A program made the translations under genes and the position numbers. A model generated the notes under the pieces. It was not told the origin of the DNA, did no database searches, and was given only the letters and a program-made list of their open reading frames with translations. This document shows, in pieces, positions 7,741 through 14,671 of a stretch of 64,000 nt of DNA. This DNA comes from Clostridia bacterium (lineage in GTDB: Bacteria > Bacillota > Clostridia > Oscillospirales > CAG-272): positions 7,990 through 71,989 of the forward strand of contig JAFUKI010000123.1 of the NCBI GenBank assembly GCA_017467815.1. The letters are read 5' to 3'. Each line of letters opens with the position of its first letter. Position 1 is the stretch's first letter.

Positions 7741-7837
7741 GCAGACTAAATAAAACTGTGCAGATACATGGTTTTTATTAAACGAGAAGATTTATGGCAA
7801 GGCCAATTTCCAATAGTAAAAGTTGGTCGCCAAACCA

Positions 7838-7873
7838 AATAACCTCCGCGAGAGTGTATCTCCGGAGGTTATT
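7838..7873. terminator. 11-bp perfect hairpin (AATAACCTCCG ... CGGAGGTTATT), possible terminator
   Basis: Stem read directly. There is no clear U-run on either strand. Confidence 0.35.
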
Positions 7874-8010
7874 GATAATTGTGTTTGGACTGTCCTTTCT
7901 TGCATTTTATATTGTATGGAAAATTTTACGGGAACACCGATCCAAATAACGTAAGATCAGCATTTTTCTGGATGATGTACTTTTGCGAGGGGACCAGATA
8001 ACTTACGGCT

Positions 8011-8298
8011 TTACACCAACTGTATGTCCGTTTCTTTCGCTTTTTCTTCCTCAAGGAGAGCATCAATCTTTCCTTTTAATTCTTGCAGATACGTTTTCGG
8101 ATCGTCCAGTTCAGCGAGCAACAGAATGGTAGTCAGAGTACCGCACATATTTTCGCCGGTTTCGATATCGGAATAGGAACGGTCGGTCATGATGAGTTTT
8201 TCTGCCATCTTGCTCTGGGTGAGGTTCAGACGGTCTCGGAGGGTCAGTGCCAGGGTACGCAGTTCTTCTTTTAATGCTTTTTCGATATTATGTCTCAT
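8011..8298 (-). CDS. XRE-family helix-turn-helix transcriptional regulator
   Basis: LTQSKMAEKLIMTDRSYSDIETGE is the canonical Cro/C1-type HTH. Confidence 0.75.
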   Translation of the reverse strand: MRHNIEKALKEELRTLALTLRDRLNLTQSKMAEKLIMTDRSYSDIETGENMCGTLTTILLLAELDDPKTYLQELKGKIDALLEEEKAKETDIQLV

Positions 8299-8413
8299 AA
8301 CAAATAATCAATCCAAACACAATCGAATAACATTGTATCATGTGTAAAATGGAAAGAAAATGTGTTATAGCCTGGTTTTCGACAAAAAATAGCAAATAAC
8401 ATGAAGAATATGC

Positions 8414-8442
8414 TTGACAATAAGATTTATTTATGATAGAAT
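8414..8442 (+). promoter_or_regulatory. Sigma-A promoter TTGACA-17-TGaTAGAAT for regulator paralogue 2
   Basis: Read directly. Near-identical design to 1362-1390. Confidence 0.65.
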
Positions 8443-8477
8443 AAAGTCAACAACGATGAAAGAAATGAGATGATACA

Positions 8478-9539
8478 TTGAACAATATAGTTTATCTTAA
8501 GGAACCTGGTATTCTGTATGATATGTTGTTTGCTCTCAAGCTGCGGTTCAATGGGGAACGGGCGTATTTGCCGTTGCGGACTGGTACTTCTTTGTATGAT
8601 CAAAATGAGAATTTATATCATTTAATCATTGAACGATTATCAGATATTTCTGATAAATTACTTCCTTTCTTCTATTATGACAAAGATAAAGATATATCAA
8701 CGGGCATGGTTACATATGTACGAGAATATATCAATCTTACCGCTTTTCAAGAATCGGGATTGATTGAACATTTCTACACAACATTACGAGATATCAATAG
8801 GCTAAAGCAATCAATTTATAAGAATTATATTTCCGATGATTGTCCAGATGATTTTGACAAAAACACGCTGTATACAATAAAAGATAATTTGTTTAATGCT
8901 GATTTGCCTAGTGATGTAAAAATGTACCTCCTTGATTTTCTATTGTATGGAGAGTATGAAATAGAAGAGATTATTGCTGAATTTAGAAATGTGGAATCAA
9001 TTTGTAGAGAGTTGAACCAAATACATCAGTCAGAAATCGAACAATTATTTGATAGATTTGAATCTGAACATCTTCGAACATTAAGCGCGTTGCATTGTAT
9101 TGATATATCTCAATACGAGAATGTGTATGTCACATACTGTTCAGTAAATATTGTTGCAGCTTCATTTGAAAAAGATGATAGAAAATGGCTTTCAGTATTA
9201 GGTTTACAAATCCATCAATTATTAGCAGTATATTATACTGAGATTGAGGCATCTGAGATTGATTTGTTAGGGTTAAGCCGTGTACTTTATGATGAGCAAC
9301 GATTAAGAATACTAGATATGTTGGTTATTGAAGATATGTATTGTGCTCAAATTGCAAAAAAATTAGGTTTAAAATCAAATAGCACTATTTACCATCTGAA
9401 TCATTTAGAAACAGAAGGGTTAATTATTAATTATAAAATCGGCAGAAAGATATATTATAAGATAAATAACAATTATTTCTGTTCTGTTATAGATTATCTG
9501 AAAGAGAAATTCGTGGAGAGAAAAAAGAATGAAGAATAA
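8478..9539 (+). CDS. ArsR-family winged-HTH regulator with a large N-terminal domain (paralogue 2)
   Basis: The C-terminus LYDEQRLRILDMLVIEDMYCAQIAKKLGLKSNSTIYHLNHLETEGLI...IYYKIN. Collinear similarity to 1416-2501 along the whole length (ISDKLLPFFYYD vs ISDRLLPLFYYD; DVKMYLLDFLL vs DLKLYLLDFFI). TTG start. Confidence 0.8.
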   Translation: MNNIVYLKEPGILYDMLFALKLRFNGERAYLPLRTGTSLYDQNENLYHLIIERLSDISDKLLPFFYYDKDKDISTGMVTYVREYINLTAFQESGLIEHFYTTLRDINRLKQSIYKNYISDDCPDDFDKNTLYTIKDNLFNADLPSDVKMYLLDFLLYGEYEIEEIIAEFRNVESICRELNQIHQSEIEQLFDRFESEHLRTLSALHCIDISQYENVYVTYCSVNIVAASFEKDDRKWLSVLGLQIHQLLAVYYTEIEASEIDLLGLSRVLYDEQRLRILDMLVIEDMYCAQIAKKLGLKSNSTIYHLNHLETEGLIINYKIGRKIYYKINNNYFCSVIDYLKEKFVERKKNEE

Positions 9540-9702
9540 CGTCAAAGAATGTTGGAAAAAGCCTGAATTAGTTTCTGTTGAAGAGGGAGCAGTAAAGAAA
9601 AATATTATTGCTTTTGCTTGTTCCCAGTACTCTGATGGGTGTTTCCCAGCAGGAGTACATCTTGACACCATTCCCGGATTCCCGTCGTGGGAAATCATGT
9701 AA
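9529..9702 (+). CDS. Candidate RiPP precursor peptide B, 57 aa (MKNNVKECWKKPELVSVEEGAVKKNIIAFACSQYSDGCFPAGVHLDTIPGFPSWEIM)
   Basis: Not in the ORF track. The ATG lies 8 nt after GGAGAG and overlaps the regulator 3' end by 11 nt. Shares WKKP, V-K, ACS, IPG and the terminal EIM with peptide A, and the last 12 nt (GAAATCATGTAA) are identical. A terminator follows it. Confidence 0.7.
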   Translation: MKNNVKECWKKPELVSVEEGAVKKNIIAFACSQYSDGCFPAGVHLDTIPGFPSWEIM

Positions 9703-9714
9703 ACAAAAAAGAAA

Positions 9715-9746
9715 AGAACCGCAGCCGCAAAACTGTGGTTCTTTTT
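9715..9746 (+). terminator. Rho-independent terminator after peptide B
   Basis: 10-bp stem AGAACCGCAG/CTGTGGTTCT followed by TTTTT. Confidence 0.75.
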
Positions 9747-9780
9747 AAAAAAATGGGGTTGAAACGTACATTTCAACCCC
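9747..9780 (-). terminator. Rho-independent terminator of tRNA-Ser
   Basis: Stem GGGGTTGAAA/TTTCAACCCC directly 3' of the tRNA, followed on the minus strand by a T7 run. Confidence 0.75.
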
Positions 9781-9783
9781 AAG

Positions 9784-9870
9784 TGGCGCAGGGTGTGGGA
9801 TTCGAACCCACGTGCCTGACGGCAAACGGTTTTCAAGACCGCCTCGTTATGACCACTTCGATAACCCTGC
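9784..9870 (-). tRNA. tRNA-Ser (anticodon UGA), CCA encoded
   Basis: Manual fold gives acceptor GCAGGGT/ACCCTGC, D arm with GG, and anticodon stem GCGGT/ACCGT with loop CTTGAAA. It also has a long variable arm (TGCC-GTCA-GGCA), a T arm GTGGG-TTCGAAT-CCCAC, discriminator G and CCA. Confidence 0.9.
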
Positions 9871-9904
9871 ATTTTTGATGTGAAAACTCACATACACAAA
9901 TATA

Positions 9905-9933
9905 ATTATATCATAGCTTACGCAAATTGTCAA
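9905..9933 (-). promoter_or_regulatory. Sigma-A promoter TTGACA-17-TGaTATAAT for tRNA-Ser
   Basis: Consensus hexamers with 17-nt spacing read on the minus strand, about 35 nt upstream of the tRNA 5' end. Confidence 0.75.
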
Positions 9934-9953
9934 TATTTATTTGTCATTCACAG

Positions 9954-9997
9954 GAAAAACACCACCGCCGGGACAGAATTATCCGACAGTGGTGTTT
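9954..9997 (-). terminator. Rho-independent terminator of the SPFH/zinc-ribbon gene
   Basis: Stem AACACCAC/GTGGTGTT with a T-run on the minus strand, 50 nt after the stop at 10048. Confidence 0.6.
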
Positions 9998-10047
9998 GTG
10001 CGTTTCATCAATTATCCGCGAATTCTTTTACCGTACGGTCAGGGGCA

Positions 10048-10400
10048 TTACTGTACATCCCCGTCGTCAAAACGGTCGCCGCATTCGGGACAGAACTTCG
10101 GCGGTGTGGTACCTTTTTCCGGTTCCCAGCCGCACTTGTCGCATTTGTACTGGGGAATGCCTGCCGGTTTCTTTGCGCCGCATTCGGGACAGAATTTGCC
10201 CTTGTTTACCGCACCGCAGGAACAGGTCCAGCCTTCCTCAGCCGGCTTGGCAGATCCGCATTCGGGACAGAATTTGCCTGTTGCGGTTGTGCCGCACTTG
10301 CAGGTCCAGCTGCCCGCGGGTTTGGGTTCGGGTTTCTTTGCACCGCACTGGGTACAGAAATTACCGGTTGATACTGTACCGCATGCATACTTCCAGCCAT
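10048..10400 (-). repeat. Intragenic tandem repeats (~78-81 nt units) encoding zinc-ribbon modules
   Basis: A recurring GCCGCATTCGGGACAGAA(T/C)TT-type unit is seen near 10079, 10178 and 10256, with a degenerate copy near 10337. Confidence 0.8.
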
Positions 10401-11439
10401 CCTGTTCTGATGCTGCGGGTGCCTGTGCTGCCTGCTGCTGCCCCATCTGGAACAGGTTCTGTGCATTTACTCCGCCGGCACCCATTGCCATGTTCATACC
10501 CATGAAACCCATAGCTGCGCCGCCGGAATTGCTGGCTGCTGCCTTCATTGCATCTGCCTGTGCACCGACCAGGGTTGCGCCTGCCATGGTGGGATCCTTG
10601 TACATAGCGGTCTTCTGGGCGGTTTTCAGCATTTCCTGGTCTTCTTCGGTCAGTGTCGGAGGATTGATGGAAACCTTGACATACCCGATACCCCTCGCAC
10701 CCCATTCGTCGGAAAGTGCTTCGTTCAGATGCTTTTCCAGTGCATCGGTATGAGCCGGAATCTGATTGGGACGGATCTCCAGCGTGGAAAGTTTGGCGAT
10801 AGAAACACCCAGCGCACTGATGAATTCATTCTTCATGGTATCCTTCAGCGCTTCCTTGCTGTAGGCGTGGGCGATATTGCCTGCTACGTTGGTGTACAGC
10901 TTCAGCGGGTCTACAACACGGAAGGTGTACGTACCGTTGCAGCGCAGGGAAACGTCCACATCAAAGCCGATCCGGGAATCCACTACGCGGAAAGCAATGG
11001 GATTTTTGGTGCCGAACTTGTTGTCCAGAATTTCTTTTGTGTTGAAATAGTAAACGCGCTGATCCTTGCCGGTGTCGCCGCCGTAGGTGAACCGTTTGCC
11101 GATCTGCTTGAAGGTTTCGATAATGCTTTCGCCGAGACTGCCGGTGAAAAGGGAAGGTTCGCTGGAGGAATTCCATGTGAATTCACCGGGTTCTGCGCAG
11201 AATTCCACAACCTTGCCCTGTTCCACGATGATCATGCACTGACCGTCCGCAACGGCAATGCCGGAACCGTTGGAAATAATGCTGTCTTCACCTTTTGTAT
11301 TGGAGGAGCGTGCGCTGGTGCGCTTCTGTCCTTTTACGATCAGAATATCGTTTGGAATGGAATCACAGTAGAAAAACTCTTTCCACTGATCCGCAAGTAC
11401 ACCGCCGGCAGCTCCGGTTATCGCTTTAATAAGTCCCAT
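10048..11439 (-). CDS. SPFH-domain (YdjI/virion-core-like) protein with a C-terminal array of four zinc ribbons
   Basis: The N-terminus MGLIKAITGAAGGVLADQWKEFFYCDS and the following body match the YdjI-type SPFH family pattern. The C-terminus carries 4x W-x-C-x-CG-x5-(K/N)FC-x-xCG-AKKP. Confidence 0.75.
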   Translation of the reverse strand: MGLIKAITGAAGGVLADQWKEFFYCDSIPNDILIVKGQKRTSARSSNTKGEDSIISNGSGIAVADGQCMIIVEQGKVVEFCAEPGEFTWNSSSEPSLFTGSLGESIIETFKQIGKRFTYGGDTGKDQRVYYFNTKEILDNKFGTKNPIAFRVVDSRIGFDVDVSLRCNGTYTFRVVDPLKLYTNVAGNIAHAYSKEALKDTMKNEFISALGVSIAKLSTLEIRPNQIPAHTDALEKHLNEALSDEWGARGIGYVKVSINPPTLTEEDQEMLKTAQKTAMYKDPTMAGATLVGAQADAMKAAASNSGGAAMGFMGMNMAMGAGGVNAQNLFQMGQQQAAQAPAASEQDGWKYACGTVSTGNFCTQCGAKKPEPKPAGSWTCKCGTTATGKFCPECGSAKPAEEGWTCSCGAVNKGKFCPECGAKKPAGIPQYKCDKCGWEPEKGTTPPKFCPECGDRFDDGDVQ

Positions 11440-11536
11440 TTCTGTATCCTTTCTGTGGTTGTTTGAATGTATGAAGAATACCGATAGAAAGTCACCGGAG
11501 ATGACAAACGAATGTTATCCCCGGTGAAAATTGTGA

Positions 11537-12751
11537 TTATTTGTTGAGATTGTTTACGATAGCTTCTGTATCGGAAGCGATCATGAGTTCTTCGTTGGTG
11601 GGGAGAACGTATACCTTAACCTTGGAATCAGCGGTGGAAAGTTCTACGGTGTTGGGCTGGTGGTGGGTCTTGGCGTTCAGTTCGGTGTCGATCTTTACGC
11701 CGAAGTATTCCAGACCTGCGCAGGCTCTTTCACGGAGTTCGGGGTTGTTTTCACCCATACCGGCAGTCCATACGATAGCGTCCAGACCGTCCATAGCAGC
11801 GGCATAGGAACCGATGTACTTCTTGATCTGGTAAGCCAGAGTGGATGCTGCGAGATATGCTCTCTTGTCACCCTTCAGAATAGCAGCTTCGATGTCACGG
11901 CTGTCGGAAGAGATACCGGACAGACCCAGGAAACCGCACTTCTTGTTCATGTAGTCTTCCATCATAGCAGGAGTATAGCCTTCTCTTTCCATGATGAAGG
12001 TAACAACAGCAGGGTCCATGGAACCGCAGCGGGTACCCATCAGAACGCCTTCCAGAGGAGTCAGACCCATGGAGGTATCAACGCACTTGCCGCCCTTTAC
12101 AGCGGAAATGGAGGAACCGTTACCAATGTGGCAGGTGATGATCTTGGTTTCTTCAACGGGCTTGTCCAGCAGCTTTGCCATTTCACGGGATACATAACGG
12201 TGGGAAGTACCGTGTGCACCGTAACGGCGGATGTTGTACTTTTCAGCCATTTCGTAGGAGATACCGTAAGTATAAGCCTGTTCGGGCATGGTCTGGTGGA
12301 ATGCGGTGTCGAATACCAGAACCTGGGGCTTGTTGGGCATTACAGCCTGGCAGCCTTTGATACCCATGATGTGTGCGCCGGTGTGCAGAGGAGCAAAGTC
12401 ACGGCACAGTTCCAGTTTTTCCAGAACTTCGTCAGTCAGCAGAACGGATTCAAAGAAGTAGGGACCGCCATGCACAACGCGGTGACCGATTGCTTCGATC
12501 TCGTTCATATCGGAGATAACACCGGTTTCAGCGTCGGTCAGGTACTTGATAACGATTTCGGTTGCTACTGCATGGTCGGGCATGGGGATTTCAACTTTCA
12601 GCTTTTCACCGTCTTCGCCCTTTCTGTGTTCGATGCGGCCGTCGATACCGATACGTTCACAGATACCCTTAGCCAGAACGGATTCGCTGGCAGTATCAAA
12701 CAGCTGATATTTCAGGGAAGAGGAGCCTGCGTTTACAACAAGAACTTTCAT
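11537..12751 (-). CDS. ackA: Acetate kinase
   Basis: MKVLVVNAGSSSLKYQLF N-terminus, and HRVVHGG, GAHGTSHRY and EELMIA motifs. Confidence 0.95.
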   Translation of the reverse strand: MKVLVVNAGSSSLKYQLFDTASESVLAKGICERIGIDGRIEHRKGEDGEKLKVEIPMPDHAVATEIVIKYLTDAETGVISDMNEIEAIGHRVVHGGPYFFESVLLTDEVLEKLELCRDFAPLHTGAHIMGIKGCQAVMPNKPQVLVFDTAFHQTMPEQAYTYGISYEMAEKYNIRRYGAHGTSHRYVSREMAKLLDKPVEETKIITCHIGNGSSISAVKGGKCVDTSMGLTPLEGVLMGTRCGSMDPAVVTFIMEREGYTPAMMEDYMNKKCGFLGLSGISSDSRDIEAAILKGDKRAYLAASTLAYQIKKYIGSYAAAMDGLDAIVWTAGMGENNPELRERACAGLEYFGVKIDTELNAKTHHQPNTVELSTADSKVKVYVLPTNEELMIASDTEAIVNNLNK

Positions 12752-12885
12752 GGATACATTTCCTCCAGTAGATAAAGTATGTAAAAATTAAATTTGACAA
12801 ATGATATTCTATCATATATAATATTATATAAGATTTTGCCGCAATTTACAAGAAGTTTTTGATAATTCAGAGGAAGAAACAAAAA

Positions 12886-14013
12886 ATGTATAAAAATACC
12901 GCTGTCATTTGTGAAACGAACCCATTCCATAACGGACACGCCTGTGTATTTCGTAAAGCAAAAGAAGATTCGGGCATTGTAACCGCCGTTATGAGTGGAA
13001 ATTTCGTACAGCGCGGGCTTCCTGCTGTATGGGATAAATACACCAGAGCCGCCCTTCTTCTGGAAAACGGTGCAGATATTGTAGTGGAGTTGCCATATCC
13101 CTGGTCCGTCGGTAGTGTGGAAGCATTTTCTCTGGGCGGTGTTGCTGTTGCCATGGAAATGGGCTGTGACCGGCTGATGTTCGGCAGTGAATCGGGAGAT
13201 ATGGAAATGCTTCGGAAAGCCGCAGAGTGGCTGGAAGCGGAAGAAGAACGATTCAGCACATATGCGGTCTGCCACCCGGATACAGGAGCAGCGGTACTGT
13301 ACGATATGCTTGCCGCAGAGAGCGGTTTTTCTCTTTTTGCCAACGATAAGCTTGGGGTGTGGTATCTTCGTCAGATGAAGGCTTTGGACTGTCGGGCGAC
13401 GGCTGAGGCGGTAAAAAGACTGCCTGCCGGTGCGGGTATTGCAAGCGCCAGCACTTTGCGTGATCATCTTGCCGAAGGAAGGGACTGCACACCGTTTGTA
13501 CCTGCTTCCGTGGCGCAGAAGATGAAGGACACGGCGGTCACCTTCCCAAAGCGGTTCTATGATATTGCCCATACGTATTTCCGTTTGTTCGCGGGGGATT
13601 CAGCCTGCGCGGAAGGGGAAGGCGGCTTGTGGGAACGTCTGAAGAAGACCGCATATACCGCAGAAAACGGCACGGATTTTCTGAAATCTGCCGCAACAAA
13701 AAAATACACGGACGCCAGGATCCGCCGTACTGCCTTGTTCGGTATGACCGGGATACAGCAGGAGATTCTGAAATCGCGTCCGTTATATACGATATTGCTT
13801 GCTGCGGGAGAAAAAGGTCGGGAATGGCTGCGGAATTATACATTGGCTGAAGATTTCACAGTATTAACCAAACCGGCGGATCGGAGCAAAATGAGCGGAT
13901 CTGCCGCAGAACAGTATGATTTTCTCTGTGAGGTAGACAGCCTGTACGGTTTATGTATGAACCCGCCTGTTTCCGGGGATTTCTTTCTGAAAAAGCACCC
14001 GATAATCGGTTAA
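12886..14013 (+). CDS. tmcAL: tRNA(Met) cytidine acetate ligase (YlbM/UPF0348 nucleotidyltransferase)
   Basis: CETNPFHNGHACVFRKAKE...VMSGNFVQRG matches the YlbM/TmcAL HxGH-type N-terminus. Start moved to ATG 12886, which has an AGAGGAAG RBS. Confidence 0.8.
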   Translation: MYKNTAVICETNPFHNGHACVFRKAKEDSGIVTAVMSGNFVQRGLPAVWDKYTRAALLLENGADIVVELPYPWSVGSVEAFSLGGVAVAMEMGCDRLMFGSESGDMEMLRKAAEWLEAEEERFSTYAVCHPDTGAAVLYDMLAAESGFSLFANDKLGVWYLRQMKALDCRATAEAVKRLPAGAGIASASTLRDHLAEGRDCTPFVPASVAQKMKDTAVTFPKRFYDIAHTYFRLFAGDSACAEGEGGLWERLKKTAYTAENGTDFLKSAATKKYTDARIRRTALFGMTGIQQEILKSRPLYTILLAAGEKGREWLRNYTLAEDFTVLTKPADRSKMSGSAAEQYDFLCEVDSLYGLCMNPPVSGDFFLKKHPIIG

Positions 14014-14573
14014 GGACATATCGGCAAAGCCTCGGCATTGGTCAGCAGATCCCCAACGCAGCCTGTAAACAAGAACTGTGCCTGATCCAGAGCCGTATAA
14101 TCAATGGGATGCATCAGGGACGAAGGCTTGGGCAGCTGTACCGCACCGCTTTCGTCCAGAATGTCCGCAACAAACTGGGAACAGAAGAAATGATGCTGCC
14201 GGCGCAGGGAAATGCCCCAGTAGCACAGAATCACGCCAAGAAGGTTGTAGTGGTATGTTTTTTCGCTGTCCGCCATATCCTGCAGTCTTTCACAGATCAG
14301 GGCATGGGCTTCATCGGATACGGGAAGGGCAATCAGGGTACACTGGGTATCGGGATGGGCGCCGAAATAACCGCTGCACAGCTTTTCCTGAATGAAACCT
14401 GCCGGGAGGGGATAACGGCAGATTTTTCTGCCGAAACTGTAGAATGCCCCGAAAGTGCCGTTTTCAAAAGTGGTTGCCAGAGAAATATGTGTGTACGGCG
14501 CATTGGTCAGATGATGGATCACGGCAGACAGAAAAGTGCCGGAACGGGTTAAAAGAAGATAGATCGTTTTCAT
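14010..14573 (-). CDS. Permuted papain-fold (YiiX/C92, NlpC/P60-superfamily-like) protein
   Basis: A His-first, Cys-later arrangement: APYTHISL ... HHFFCSQFVADIL (compare the F-C-S-E-L-V nucleophile motif of the family). Confidence 0.5.
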   Translation of the reverse strand: MKTIYLLLTRSGTFLSAVIHHLTNAPYTHISLATTFENGTFGAFYSFGRKICRYPLPAGFIQEKLCSGYFGAHPDTQCTLIALPVSDEAHALICERLQDMADSEKTYHYNLLGVILCYWGISLRRQHHFFCSQFVADILDESGAVQLPKPSSLMHPIDYTALDQAQFLFTGCVGDLLTNAEALPICP

Positions 14574-14671
14574 GGTATCCTCGTAGAATTTGTTGTCCTA
14601 AGTATACCACAAAAATATAAACTGTCTATAATATATCCTTTTGAATACCTTAATAATTGTTTAAGGTATTT

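Noticed and set aside
7768-7842. 24-aa ORF (MVFIKREDLWQGQFPIVKVGRQTK) downstream of the HprK-like gene, considered as a third precursor.
   Set aside because: It has no Cys and no similarity to peptides A or B (no WKKP/ACS/EIM). It has no convincing RBS, and its 3' end runs into the 7838-7873 hairpin.
1-9750. Calling the whole AT-rich block a mobile element or genomic island feature.
   Set aside because: Only compositional bias and tRNA adjacency support this. No integrase, transposase, or att-like repeat of the tRNA 3' end was found within the window. It is reported as a finding rather than as a mobile_element feature.
9880-10753. Three overlapping plus-strand ORFs (163, 192 and 270 aa) with striking internal repeats (e.g. 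HSGQN..., FGTE...).
   Set aside because: They are the antisense image of the zinc-ribbon repeat and low-complexity region of the well-supported minus-strand SPFH gene (10048-11439). The repeats are explained by that gene, and none of them has an RBS or a recognisable family.
11660-13572. ORFs 11660-12775 (+, 371 aa) and 12748-13572 (-, 274 aa).
   Set aside because: They are antisense to ackA and tmcAL respectively. They have no motifs and no RBS.
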